Below the pieces are notes generated by a model. It saw nothing but the letters and a program-made list of their open reading frames with translations, was not told where the DNA came from and searched no databases. From Chrysomallon squamiferum (Eukaryota; Animalia; Mollusca): a stretch of DNA of 64,000 nt. The DNA is taken from contig CM022674.1 of NCBI GenBank assembly GCA_012295275.1, forward strand, positions 9,176,001 to 9,240,000. The letters are read 5' to 3'. Below, in pieces: positions 14,205 through 28,522 of the stretch (the first letter of the stretch is position 1; every line of letters begins with the position of its first letter). A program made the translations under genes and the position numbers.

Positions 14205-14779
14205 ATGATAATAATTATCTGTTTTTAAGAAGCCAAAACAGAGGATGAAGATAGGACTGAGATGAGAATGAAGCCTTGTAAAACACATATTTAATAAAAT
14301 ATTAACACAATTTTTTGTTGATAAACTTTTAAAAAGAAAAATGGACAAAAAAGGACGAAAGCCAGGACCACCTTGTTGGCATCATGGTTAACTGGGGAGG
14401 AGTGTGGATGCATATTGACGTTTCTCACTGATTAATCTCCTATCTGTCTAAGATGTCTGTATAACAAACAGCTAAACATTAGTTATGCACTGTGATTACT
14501 CTGTTGATAAAATAATTATATAACTATAAGATAATTAAAGTAATTATAATGATAGTTATAATTCTGATGATTATGACTTTCATTAATGATAAAAAAGACT
14601 AAAGTAATTTTAAAATAATGATCATACTGTTGTTATGACAAAATTTGAATAAAAATATATTTAAAGTGAACTGAAGAATCAGTAAGATTTTGAATAGTAT
14701 ATTTACCCAAATACTATTCAATTTAATTTTTTATTTAACTACATTTATTAAAAATCAGTTCAGTAATGTCCAAAAAAAT

Positions 14780-14962
14780 AAGCATGTATCAAAAAATGCA
14801 TACTTATATATACAAAAAACAGCAGTGTATTAAAAAAAAAAATTATATATATAAAAACAAGTATGTATTAAAAAACAAACTGACTTATATGTAATATCAA
14901 GTGTGTATTAAAAAACTGTGACATATATAAAAAAAAATCATTTGTTAAAAAACAAACTGACT

Positions 14963-15007
<45 letters not shown>

Positions 15008-15060
15008 AGTTGACTTATATATAATAAAGAAATATGTATTAAAAACAAACTGAATTATAT
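14780..15060. repeat. Degenerate tandem repeat (gtattaaaaaacaaactgacttatata) with embedded (TA)n
   Basis: Motif recurs about 7 times. Confidence 0.7.
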
Positions 15061-15559
15061 CTGAAAAGATATCTGAGAAAGCATCTTTAAAAACAAAATC
15101 ACCCCCACTTTATTTCATTATTTTCTAATATTAAGACTGGATTCTACTCCATTTGGTTTCTGCATCACCTTTCTTCAATCTCACAATCAATGCATAAAGG
15201 AAATTGTGCAAGATTTCTCAGCAAGTTTAAAAAAAATAAAAATAAAAAAAATAAAAATAAATAAAAGCTTTTTAAAAATTTGTCATAATCCTGAAATGAG
15301 CATTTATATGTTAAAACAAATATTTATATAAATTTCATCTATTAAAGGAATATTAAAAATATTTTCAACTTTTAAAAATATTACATTTTATGACTACAGG
15401 AATTACTATTACATGTACGTTTATGATATATTTAAAGAAAATAATCAAATTTAACTTTCCTATTCCTAAAATTCAAATGTGAAACATTTCATATCATATC
15501 AACAATATATTGATGTCTTATTCATTTATATCAAATGGTATAATTTAGCTTAAAGTGAA

Positions 15560-15900
15560 GGTAATGCTGGTCATAAGAAAATGGTGGCAATGATTATAAT
15601 GGTGATCATAACTACTCAGACATTGCTAGTGGTACATGGTAGTGACTGTGGTTGTAACATGGTAAGTTATTGTAGTGGTAACATGATAGTGACTGTAATG
15701 TGTTGTGGTGGTAAATTGATGGTGACTGTTGGTAGTGAGTGTGGTTGTAACATGGTAGTGATTGGAAGTAACATTGTAATGAAAATCGTGGTAACATGGT
15801 AGTGAATGTGGTGGTAACATGGTAGTGATTATTCTGGTTAGGGAGTTATGCAGTGATCATGACATTATATAGTGGTAATGACTGTATAAGTAGTAATGAT
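15560..15900. repeat. Degenerate approx. 23-bp minisatellite (ggtagtgactgtggtggtaacat)
   Basis: Repeating gtaacatggtagtga motif; source of the spurious ORFs at 15581-15820. Confidence 0.85.
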
Positions 15901-18579
15901 ACTATACAGTGAAAATGGATATAATAATGCATACATATGAATTAGATTATAAAGAACTATTATAATAAGAGGTGGAGTGTACAGATGGTATGTATGGCTG
16001 CAGTGTATTTCTCAGTCTGTAGTACACAGATGGACTGTTGTTTGTTTGGGGTTTTTTTTGTCTCAGTAAAAATAATAATTTAAGCTTTGTATTACTTAAA
16101 TAAAATAATTACCAAGGCAAATGAATCTTATTTCAATAAACAGATATCAAAACAACATCATTGTAAGAAATGAATTCTAAATGGATTAGTATTTTTAATT
16201 AATTTATTTATTTATTTATTTATTAATTACATTTTGTTTTCACACTTTTTTAAGAACAAAAATTATTTAATGTTTGTATTGCTCAGAATTTTGTATCCTG
16301 TAAGTAACTCAGACTGCTGATAACACTGACAAAAATTTAGACATTTGGAAGAAATTCAATAACAAATAGTGTTTATATCATTTTCTTGCGAAGTTACTCA
16401 CCAAACATTACAAAAAAGAAATAGAAAAAAAATTATATCATTTTAAAACTGCTATATACTTCTGAAGTTACCACATATTTCAAGGCAAACTCTCAGTCAG
16501 TTATATCTTTCACACATACTTGATTTGTTATTTTTAATTTTTCTGAAGTCTTTCAAATGTTAATTTAAAAAGGTACATGTCACAATAATTTTTAAATATC
16601 ACTTTTCTGTCACAGTGAATTATATTAATGTAATTATTAAATTTATTTGATTTATTAAATTTATATATAAAGTTCAGCCATTCTAATGTGAGATTAACTT
16701 TACATGATGGAATCTTCTAAATTCTGTTTAACAGTAAATAGTATACACAGACAATTGTGAGTGGAAACTGCCCACTATTCAGAAAAACATAACCACAAAT
16801 TCTCATCCTCATCATCATTATTATTGTTGTTTATGTATGTATGCAATAAAAAGTTTCATATTCATATTTTGGGGGGAGGATGATAGCTTTAAAATAATTT
16901 AATTAAAAAAAAAAAATTTCAGGGTGTTCTCTTTCAAGCAATCTTCAGTTCTTTTTTAAAAATAAAAACATTCTGTCATATTGTCTAAAAAAAAGAGGTA
17001 ATAATAACTTTTTATTAAATTTTTAAAAAATATTCTATTGTATACTATATGACATTTATTAGATTAAATTTATTATCATTACAAAAAAAAATTATTAACA
17101 TTTTTAAAATATATAAACATCTAAATGCACACAAAAAACACAAGTACTCAGATAACAACTTTTCTTTCACTGACTCTTTATCAATTGATGCACCACCTGC
17201 ACAACAATGCAGCACTGCCACTGGTTCTGGTTTCACTCAGTGACGAATGGTGTGACATTTTCATTAGCATGCTTAATTTAAATTGTTGCGAGATGTTACA
17301 CACAAAAGTAATCTGATTCAAATGGAAGGAATCAATAGAACAAATGGCTGAGGAAACTATCTTGAAATCTTTTGCTTTAATACATCAATATAAAGAATTT
17401 AAAATTCTAAACTTTCAAACCATTATCTTATAAACATTTATCTTTACAACGACAAGTACATTTCATAAAATGTAAATACTAGTTTAAATTTCTAAGACAT
17501 TCTTCATAATTACCAAATACAGTGTTATTCTTCAAGGTGAGTGACTTTAATCACATTTCTATAGCATTATATACCACTCCATCCATATTTAATGTTACAA
17601 ATTCTTGCTTGCTTGCTAATTCACCCTTACTTCATAAATGTTTATATTTATTTTGAAATTTGAAATTTTTTAATAGTGGTGTTTTTTTCCCCAACTTATT
17701 TCAGAAGTATTTCAATCTTTTAATTTATTTATTCCCAAGTATTCTTAATTATATTCTGCAGTCAACTAATGAAATAAATATTTAAAAACATTAATTAATG
17801 TTTATTAATGTGCAATTTATTAACATCAATTATTGAATAAATTGCAAAATAAGTTTATAATGTGTGATCAAAGAGGCTCAAGTAGTAACTGAAATAATAG
17901 AAACCATTTTTCTAAAACAAATATTCAACTCTTCCATTATTCCATTCTTCAGAGGCTTAACACTGGTTTTGATGTATTACTGAAAAAAAAAAAAATCAAT
18001 GGTTGGAACTGGAAAACACACAAAAAAAAAAAAATCAACAACTAGTGAACAAATAATATTTTAAAACACTCAATTAACAGACAGAAAGACAGATGTACAG
18101 ATGGAAGGACATTGATCAAGATGTTCTGTGAATCAATATAAAGCTGACATTAACAAACACTGTGTAAGCTCACCATTGTTATGTGAAATCCCTAAACATA
18201 TAGAAGTTAATATAACTTGTGTGTAAGAGAAGAGATTTTAATTTTTTTTCTGCATGTGTAATTACTCAGAATGAACATGTTCAGTCTCCAAAGGCTGAGT
18301 AGGGAGGAAACCTGAGGATTTATCAATCTGTTGTGGAACAGCACAAGGCAAAAGATTAAAGAAGATGGGAACATCACTGATGTAACCTGTTGAAAGAGGC
18401 TGGGAAAGTGCCAGAGAGAAAAATACTCTTTTAAATGTTACTACCTTGCCAAAATGCATGACAGACACACTGAAAATGAGAAACATAATTGTGTTCTCTC
18501 TAATTGCATCCCAAATCCTCCAGGCTAAAATGAACCTAACAACAGCATTCTAGAAATAAACTCAGAACAATCTGTATTT

Positions 18580-21500
18580 AAAGAACTATAAGTCTGTACG
18601 TCAAGAACTAGAATTCACTATGTAAAGAACTAGAAGTGACTATGTAAAGAACTGGAAGTCTCTATATAAAACTAACAGAGATATCTATGTAAAGTACTAG
18701 AAGTGTTTGTATAAAGTATTCGAAATCTCTATATATAAAGTATTAAAATTCTGTATTTAAATAACTATAAGTCACTATGGAAAATACTAAAATTTTGTAA
18801 AGCATTGGCAGTCTTTGCAAAGCATTAGAAGTCTATGTAAAGTACTAGAAATCTCTGTGTAAAATGTGTCTCTATGTGAAGTACTAGAAGTCTCTATATG
18901 AAGTACTAAAAGAATCTATGTAAAGTACTAGAAGTCTCTATGTAAAGTATCTCTGTTAAGTACCAGAAGTTTCTTCTTAAGTACTAGAAGTCGCTGTGTA
19001 AAATACTAGAAGTTGCTGTGTAAAGTACTAGAAGTCTCTGTGTAAAGTACTAGAAGTCTCTGTGTAAAGTACTAGAAGTCTCTGTGTAAAGTACTAGAAG
19101 TCACAGTGTAAAGTACTAGAAGTCTCTGTGTAAAGTACTAGAAGTCTGTGTAAAGTACTAGAAGTCTGTGTAAAGTACTAGAAGTCTCTGTGTAAAGTAC
19201 TAGAAGTCTGTGTAAAGTACTAGAAGTTTATGTGTAAAGTACTAGAAGTTTATGTGTAAAGTACTAGAAGTCTGTGTAAAGTACTAGAATTCTCTGTGTA
19301 AAGTACTAGAAGTCGCTGTGTAAAGTACTAGAAGTCTGTGTAAAGTACTAGAAGTTTCTGTGTAAAGTACTAGAAGTCCGTGTAAAGTACTAGAAGTCGC
19401 TGTGTAAAGTACTAGAAGTCGCTGTGTAAAGTACTAGAAGTCGCTGTGTAAAGTACTAGAAGTCGCTGTGTAAAGTACTAGAATTCTCTGTGTAAAGTAC
19501 TAGAAGTCGCTGTGTAAAGTACTAGAAGTCTGTGTAAAGTACTAGAAGTTTCTGTGTAAAGTACTAGAAGTCCGTGTAAAGTACTAGAAGTCGCTGTGTA
19601 AAGTACTAGAAGTCGCTGTGTAAAGTACTAGAAGTCTCTGTGTAAAGTACTAGACGTCCATGTATGATACTAGAAGTCTGTATAAAATACTAGAAGTCGC
19701 TGTGTAAAGTACTAGAAGTCGCTGTGTAAAGTACTAGAAGTCTGTGTAAAGTACTAGAAGTTTCTGTGTAAAGTACTAGAAGTCCGTGTAAAGTACTAGA
19801 AGTCTCTGTGTAAAGTACTAGAAGTCGCTGTGTAAAGTACTAGAAGTCTGTGTAAAGTACTAGAAGTCGCTGTGTAAAGTACTAGAAGTCTCTGTGTAAA
19901 GTACTAGAAGTCTCTGTGTAAAGTACTAGAAGTCCATGTATGATACTAGAAGTCTCTGTATAGAATACTAGAAGTCGCTGTGTAAAGTACTAGAAGTCTG
20001 TGTAAAGTACTAGAAGTTTCTGTATAAAGTACTAGAAGTCCGTGTAAAGTACTAGAAGTCGCTGTGTAAAGTACTAGAAGTCCATGTAAAGTACTAGAAG
20101 TCTCTGTATAAAATACTAGAAATATCTGTGTAAAGTACTAGAAGTCGCTGTGTAAAGTACTAGAAGTCTCTGTGTAAAGTACTAGAAGTCCACGTAAAGT
20201 ACTAGACGTCTCTGTATAAAATACTAGAAGTCTCTGTGTAAAGTACTAGAAGTCTCTGTGTAAAGAACTAGAAGTCCATGTAAAGTACTAGAAGTCTCTG
20301 TATAAAATACTAGAAGTATCTGTGTAAAGTACTAGAAGTCGCTGTGTAAAGTACTAGAAGTCTGTGTAAAGTACTAGAAATCTGTGTAAAGTACTATAAG
20401 TCGCTGTGTTTAGTACTAGAAGTCACTGTGTAAAGTACTAGAAGTCTGTGTAAAGTACTAGAAGTCCGTGTAAAGTACTAGAAGTCTGTGTAAAGTACTA
20501 GAAGTCACTGTGTAAAGTACTAGAAGTCTGTGTAAAGTACTAGAAGTCTCTGTGTAAAGTACTAGAAGTCTCTGTGTAAAGTACTAGAAGTTGCTGTGTA
20601 AAGTACTAGAAGTCACTGTGTAAAGTACTAGAAGTCCGTGTAAAGTACTAGAAGTTGCTGTGTAAAGTACTAGAAGTCTCTGTGTAAAGTACTAGAAGTC
20701 TCTGTGTAAAGTACTAGAAGTTGCTGTGTAAAGTACTAGAAGTCACTGTGTAAAGTACTAGAAGTCTCTGTGTAAAGTATTAGAAGTCTGTGTAAAATAC
20801 TAGAAGTCTCTGTGTAAAGCACTAGAAGTCACTGTGTAAAGTACTAGAAGTTGCTGTGTAAAGTACTAGAAGTCTCTGTGTAAAGTACTAGAAGTCACTG
20901 TGTAAAGTACTAGAAGTCTCTGTGTAAAGTACTACAAGTTGCTGTGTAAAGTTCGAAGTCTGTGTAAAGTTCGAAGTCTGTGTGTAAAGTACTAGAAGTC
21001 TCTGTGTAAAGTATTAGAAGTCTGTGTAAAATACTAGAAGTCTCTGTGTAAAGCACTAGAAGTCACTGTGTAAAGTACTAGAAGTCTGTGTAAAGTACTA
21101 GAAGTCTCTGTGTAAAGTACTAGAAGTCTCTGTGTAAAGTACTAGAAGTCACTATGTAAAGTACTAGAAGTCTGTGTAAAGTACTAGAAATCTGTGTAAA
21201 GTACTAGAAGTCTCTGTGTAAAGTACTAGAAGTCTGTGTAAAGTACTAGAATTCTCTGTGTAAAGTACTAGAAGTCGCTGTGTAAAGTACTAGAAGTCGC
21301 TGTGTAAAGTACTAGAAGTTTGTGTAAAGTACTAGAAGTCTGTGTAAAGTACTAGAAATCTGTGTAAAGTACTATAAGTCGCTGTGTAAAGTACTAGAAG
21401 TCTGTGTAAAGTACTAGAAGTCTGTGTAAAGTACTAGAAATCTGTGTAAAGTACTAGAAGTCTGTGTAAAGTACTAGAAGTCTCTGTGTAAAATACTAGA

Positions 21501-23042
21501 AGTTGCTGTGTAAAGTACTAGAAGTCACTGTGTAAAGTACTAGAAGTAGCTGTGTAAAGTACTAGAAGTCTCTGTGTAAAGTACTAGAAGTTTATGTGTA
21601 AAGTATTAGAAGTCTGTGTAAAGTACTAGAAGTCTGTGTAAAGTACTAGAAGTCACTGTGTAAAGTACTAGATGTCGCTGTGTAAAGTACTAGAAGTCTC
21701 TGTGTAAAGTACTAGAAGTCTCTGTGTAAAGTACTAGAAGTCTGTGTAAAGTATTAGAAGTAGCTGTGTAAAGTATTAGAAATCTGTGTAAAGTACTAGA
21801 AGTCTCTGTGTAAAGTACTAGAAGTCTCTGTGTAAAGTATTAGAAATCTGTGTAAAGTACTAGAAGTCTCTGTGTAAAGTACTAGAAGTCTCTGTGTAAA
21901 GTACTAGAAGTCTCTGTGTAAAGTATTAGAAATCTGTGTAAAGTACTAGAAGTCTCTGTGTAAAGTACTAGAAGTCCATGTAAAGTACTAGAAGTCTCTG
22001 TATAAAATACTAGAATTCTCTGTGTAAAGTACTAGAAGTCGCTGTGTAAAGTACTAGAAGTCGCTGTGTAAAGTACTAGAAGTTTGTGTAAAGTACTAGA
22101 AGTCTGTGTAAAGTACTATAAGTGGCTGTGTAAAGTACTATAAGTGGCTGTGTAAAGTACTAGAAGTCTGTGTAAAGTACTAGAAATCTGTGTAAAGTAC
22201 TAGAAGTCTGTGTAAAGTACTAGAAATCTGTGTAAAGTACTAGAAGTCTGTGTAAAGTACTAGAAGTCTCTGTGTAAAATACTAGAAGTTGCTGTGTAAA
22301 GTACTAGAAGTCACTGTGTAAAGTACTAGAAGTCACTGTGTAAAGTACTAGAAGTAGCTGTGTAAAGTTCGAAGTATGTGTGTAAAGTACTAGAAGTCTC
22401 TGTGTAAAGTATTAGAAGTCTGTGTAAAGTACTAGAAGTCTCTGTGTAAAGTACTAGAAGTCCTGTGTAAAGTACTAGAAGTCTGTGTAAAGTACTAGAA
22501 GTCTCTGTGTAAAGTATTAGAAGTCTCTGTGTAAAGTACTAGAAGTCACTGTGTAAAGTACTAGAAGTCACTGTGTAAAGTATTAGAAGTCTGTGTAAAG
22601 TAATAGAAGTCTCTGTGTAAAGTACTAGATGTCGCTGTGTAAAGTACTAGAAGTCGCTGTGTAAAGTACTAGAAGTCTGTGTAAAGTACTAGAAGTCCGT
22701 GTAAAGTACTAGAAGTCTGTGTAAAGTACTAGAAGTCTCTGTGTAAAGTACTAGAAGTCTCTGTGTAAAGTACTAGAAGTCACTGTGTAAAGTATTAGAA
22801 GTCTGTGTGTAAAGTACTAGAAGTCTCTGTGTAAAGTACTAGATGTCTCTGTGTAAAGTACTAGAAGTCTCTGTGTAAAGTACTAGAAGTCTGTGTAAAG
22901 TACTAGAAGTCCGTGTAAAGTACTAGAAGTCTGTGTAAAGTACTAGAAGTCACTGTGTAAAGTACTAGAAGTTTCTGTGTAAAGTACTAGAAGTCCGTGT
23001 AAAGTACTAGAAGTTGCTGTGTAAAGTACTAGAAGTCTGTAT
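18580..23042. repeat. Tandem satellite/minisatellite of about 4.5 kb, unit GTGTAAAGTACTAGAAGTC(NN)T (20/22 bp)
   Basis: Roughly 200 near-identical copies; homogeneous from about 18980 to 23040, degenerate from 18580 to 18980. Confidence 0.98.
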
Positions 23043-26000
23043 GAAAACATTTTATTATGATACAACAGATCAGTACTTACCACAGCATTTCTGTCATACA
23101 CTGATAAGTGCAAGTTCTCATGAAATATTAGTACAAAAGAAATACATCATGACAGGGATAAAAAAACAGAGAAAAAATAATATAAAGAGAGATATTAACA
23201 ACAATTAAATGGAATTTTACAAATATTTCCTTAATTTTATTTTATATTTGAAAACCGTTTCAAAGCTGTCAGTAGTAAACTGTGTCGTGCGTCACCCTAA
23301 TATCAAAACTCTATTTCACTGTCCAACCAAACATTTCAAATAAATTGTTTATTATTTATTCTGGGACTTGTTAAAGTTAGTGAGTTATTATTATTTTTTT
23401 TTTTTAGGGTTAAATGTCTTCACAGACTAATCTTACTAGACGATTATAACATTATGAAACAACAGGTCAGCATGACATTTAGAAACAAATACAAACAGAT
23501 AATTAGTAAAAATATTATATAAAAACTATTTCTCAACAAGTTACAAAACAGACTGGAAAGAGCTATCAGTAACAGCAAATCATTTATTTTCTTTTTTAAC
23601 TTTTTTTTTAGGAATCTTCCATCTGCAATTTACAGAAGTATCCATCTAATCAGCTGGGAACAGATTCCTCCATGTTTCTTTATTTCTAATGTCTTCAAAA
23701 ATAGGTCTCTGAAAAAAAGTTGTTAAAATTTCCGGCGATGGTGGCAGCAGGCTCCTTGACTTTGGTAAATCACCTCAGGGTGGTTAATAACAGCCATCAA
23801 TGAATGATGCATAAAGACCAAAACGCCTGTTGTATAACCCTGATATTACATCCCCCTTTGTCAGCTATCATAACATAACACAGCACTCACAAATTCATAT
23901 TCTTCATTATAGTGCTTTGGGCTGTGAGATACAAAATGACATGCACATGGAAAGTGGGAACACGTAGAGAACAAATACTTCAAAACATCTTTGATATTTC
24001 AAGTTTTAATTAACACGAACATTACCACTGAATCATGTTTTTCTTTTCTTTTTAAACAATTTCCAGATTATATTTTTTAAATTATTTAAATCTACATTTT
24101 TCATTAAAATATTTTTCATTTTCTCTTTTGAAATCTTTGAATATGTTCATTGAAATTTTATCCAAATATGAAAAACTGAAAATATACTGTTTACATACAT
24201 TTCTTGTTTTATATTAAAGAGCATAATTTTATAATTTTTCATTTTAAAAGATATATGAATTTAAAAATTAATATTATAGTGACTTTGAAATGCATTCAAT
24301 ACTTCAAGTCAAATTTTAATCATTTTAATAGTATATAAATAATATAAAGTAAATAAATAAATTTAAACTTGATAATGATTTAACTGTCTCTAATTTTCTG
24401 CAAGTTAACTTTGAAATAAGTAAATATTAGGTGTATGAATAAATTCGGCAATTAATAGTTGATAGAGATATTTAAAGATTTTATTTTAGAATGTTTGTAG
24501 AATATTTCACTGTTATATCTGATAAATTTGGATAGCTCTTTAATATAGTCACTACTAAATATTTTACTTTCTTAGTATATATTTTTTCTTTATTTGCTGT
24601 AGTTGCTGTTGTAAACATCAGTTAAACAATACTGAGACCATTTAAGAATTTACAGGGGCTAAAAGTTTAGTTGTTTCAGAGATAGCCAAAAAATCCCAAC
24701 TGAATTTAAATCAGTTTTATATGACAGGAGTGTGACGGAGAGGGCGATGACACAGCATATGTTGTTCAAAATCAGCTTAATGCTTATCTAATGAGAGGCA
24801 AACAAAAAAAAAGTAAGAGGCAAAAGCAGATATCGCCTGCCAGCAGGTTTAGGTGCAAATGTACTAAACTTGAAACATATAGTACAAGGTGTTTATGCTG
24901 ATGAGTTTTGAAGAAGCCAGTTTAAAAATAAATCTCGTTTCACAAAAATGTTAAAATTCTGTCACTCTGTTCTTTTCAGTTATATACATTATTAATTCTA
25001 ATAAGATAAAAATACAAAAATGAATAAAATTTTATCATATACTCTTTATCTATTTTATCTTTTATATATATATATTTTTTTTTTTTTGTGATGTGTGTTT
25101 TAATCTGAAGTTTTTAGTACTTTGCATAAATACTTCTATTGCTTTACATACAGAATTTTAGTACTTTACAGACAGACTTCTATTTCTTTTTTATTCTCAT
25201 TTACTAGCTGGATCTTTTATGTTTACTTTTACATACAAATACACATAAAAACACGTGTGTATTTATATGTAAAAGTAAATATATATATCTATATATATAT
25301 AGATATATATACACACACACATAAAGACACCCTACAGTTTGTACGTGATAATATTTTATTGAATAACAACACATATATATATTAAAGTTATACCATACAA
25401 AATTTGTAAATACAAAAAATAGTAGTAATAATATTCTTTTATACTGACAGAACAAAAGAACAAAGTGGAAAATGTTTACAAAGCTTGAGTAAGTGAGTCT
25501 CTCACATATAAAAAAAAAAGTTCAGAAAAAGATTTGCTTCTACCATCTTAGAAAATTTTACCAAACAAAAATAAATTATATAAAAAATATTTCATTTAAA
25601 TTATATGCATCTAAAAGAGATCAGTAATTATATTTATTTATATCATATTTTTTCAACTTAACCCTTTATGGTTATTGTAAGTTACAATACTGTGAAAATA
25701 CAGGGGGTTTTGGGGTTTTTGTTATGCCTCTATACTTTAGTGTAGCAAACAAAACACAACAACTGACCTAAGTACAAAACATATTTTAAATCAAATGAGA
25801 TACTTCATTTTCATCTTATATGTTATTATTACTAAAATTAATATTGTTATATCAAATGGTACATATTGTAATTTCTACATGATACACTGTTATCACAAAA
25901 CTACATTACGTCACATCAAACTAAGTCATATAAGATACACCTGTAATTTTTGTGTGACACATTTTTTATAATAAACTTAGACAAAGTCATTATAGATAAT

Positions 26001-26806
26001 AATTAAAGTAACAGGTTGCTCTCTAGTAATTTATTTTGAAAATGAATGTCATTGTTGTCCACTCCCAACATGAAGTGTAATTGGTTTTCTGAGTTTTTAA
26101 ACACTTTTAATTAAACTGTTAGAAAATTAACTAAACTATTTTAACTCATGCAGTGTATTGTAAACAGTATTATAAAGTTGTACTTAGAATCTTCAAGTGA
26201 ATACAAGGTGAACCAATTCCTAAACAGACTTTAGTCATGTTTTCAGTTTGACTATGAAAAATAATGAAGACAATGACACTTCAATTCATTGTAACAGGTC
26301 ATCAAATGTTTCCTGTTATAGTCACTGACTTATTAACATCAGTATCTTTCTTATACATTTCTAATACATAACATAAAAACATATTTTTTGTCTTGTTAAT
26401 AAAGCACATATGGAAAATAATTTACTATGTAAAGTAAGAAGAACAGACCCTGGGATACATTTGAACTCTAATTCCAGCCTGCTCAGATTAATCTTGATGT
26501 CAGTTATTGTTAAAGGTCTATCTAAATCAACAAGAGAGGAGTTATGTTAACTATTTATCATATATCTATTTATTACTTTTTTTTGTACTTCACAGAGTTT
26601 ACAATATTATAAGTTCAATTGCAATAGGAAGCCAGAATAGTTTCCATTCAAACATTTTTATTTAAAAAACATAAATTTATACAATATATTTTAATAATGG
26701 CAATAAATCTTAGATGAAGAAATTTCAAACTGAAGAGAGGCCACACCAGTTGTCAAATTCTGTCTATCAACCTGCCATCTCAGGCCATCAGCAGTCAGAT
26801 CTTTGT

Positions 26807-27004
26807 TGACCTGCAGTGTTGGGTCATGACCTAAGAAGGTCAATCATATTGGGTCATCTGATTTGAGCAGATGGTCAGTGGCTGGAGGCTGACCCGGGAG
26901 AACAACTTACCATGAAGAACTCATGAGTTCACCTGTCATAGCAGTTAGAAGAAACTTTCACTGATTCTTACCCTCAAATAACCTTCACATGATGACCTTG
27001 AACT
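26807..27004. promoter_or_regulatory. Cluster of nuclear-receptor RGKTCA half-sites (IR0, DR8, ER4, ER8, DR0 geometries)
   Basis: TGACCT 26807, GGGTCATGACCT 26821, AGGTCA 26837, GGGTCA 26851, TGGTCA 26872, TGACCC 26890, AGTTCA 26926, TGACCTTGAACT 26993. Confidence 0.55.
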
Positions 27005-28522
27005 TAAACAAAACATACCAAGGTTAAATAGTGTTTTAATACAGACACTAGAGAAGACATTATATTCTTTAACAATGATTAGAAATTACTTATTTTGTTT
27101 GTGTTACTCAGTCAACAAGCATTAAATAATAAAGCTGAATTTTGTAACACAGTGACTTCAGTGATTTAGTCATCTGAATGGACTGCTATGTTTTGACAGA
27201 TAAAAAACAGTTCCTTGATATATAAACAAGTTTTCCATATAGATCAGTTACTCTTCATCTTCAAGAATGATATATAAGAAAATAAATTTCATTTATAAAT
27301 ATTTTTTTGTAATTAAAAAAAAAAAAATTGTTATTATATAAAAATATATAAGATCTCAGTTATTGATATCAAATGATTTAAAACTGAAACACATGAATTA
27401 TTTGAAATACTTGTATATTTTACATAATGCATAATTAGCTTTATTAAATGATGTCAATTTATAGAGAAGAAAAAACAATAACAAACTATTATTTTTTTAA
27501 ATATCTCTCTGCATGTGTGTATGTGCGTGCAAACACATTGCATTTTCAATTTTAAAAATTATTCTTCTTCTCATGCACATTTACCTGAAATAAAGAATTT
27601 TATTTTAATTTATTTTTAATTTATTTTTTATATCTGTCAGAGATTATCCAGAGCCTCTGACTTTACTTTGTTTTGTTTTTTTCAATACTGTAAATTCCTC
27701 AAGAAAAGGCTTTAAAAAATATCATTACAGTTTTATTGTAGAGCCTGAAAGACGATCCCGAGAGATGATCCTCTGATCAAATTCTCTGACGGAATCAACT
27801 CTAATTACCTAAATTAAAATGTTAGCAGTGAGCTCCATTAGGGCGAGGAGAACACAGGCTGACACAAACCCACTATTGATTGAAAACTTGGTCAATCAAA
27901 TGCGCAGGAGTATAGAAAATTAAATATCCATTTGACAAAGGTCAGAATACCTTCTTTCTTTTTTAATTTTATTCTCTTAACATTTTTTTTAATCTTCAAA
28001 AAATATGTAAAATAAAATAAAAAAGGAAAAGAAAGGAAAGAAAAATCTAAAGAAGAAATGTGATATGATGACTTGTTGATGCATTTTTATGAAATTCTTA
28101 ATAAAAAAATTTAATAATAGCAGTATCATAAATCAAAACAAAAACATTATAATATTTAAAAAAAATCCTACTAATAGAAACAGATTTTCAATATTATTAT
28201 TATTATTATTTTTTTTTTTATATAAAGTAAGATTTTCATAGAAATAGGTACAATGGTGGTAAGAAAAATGATTAACTTGTACAAAGTAAATAAAATAGAC
28301 CACTTCATACTACTGTTTTTAAATCTAAACAGAAATTAAATATATATAGTCGCAAATATTTTTTTTTTTTTTTTTTTTGTTAAATCTTTCATATTTCATA
28401 AAAATTATATTGCAAATTATATGTAAGAAATTCCCATTTAATAACAACAACAATAGTAAATACAAAAAAAATAAAAAATAAAAGAACAATAATAATAATA
28501 ATAGAAATAATAAAAATATAGT

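Noticed and set aside
15581-15820. His/Thr- or Val/Gly/Cys-rich ORFs
   Set aside because: Translations of a degenerate minisatellite with no splice or start context.
18262-18486. Minus-strand ORF after a plausible acceptor (ctcattttcag) in phase 2
   Set aside because: It runs into a stop with only weak donors and the peptide is not protein-like, so it cannot be supported as the shared exon.
18580-23042. CRISPR-like array
   Set aside because: Units are contiguous with only 1-3 variable bases, there are no unique spacers or cas genes, and the context is eukaryotic.
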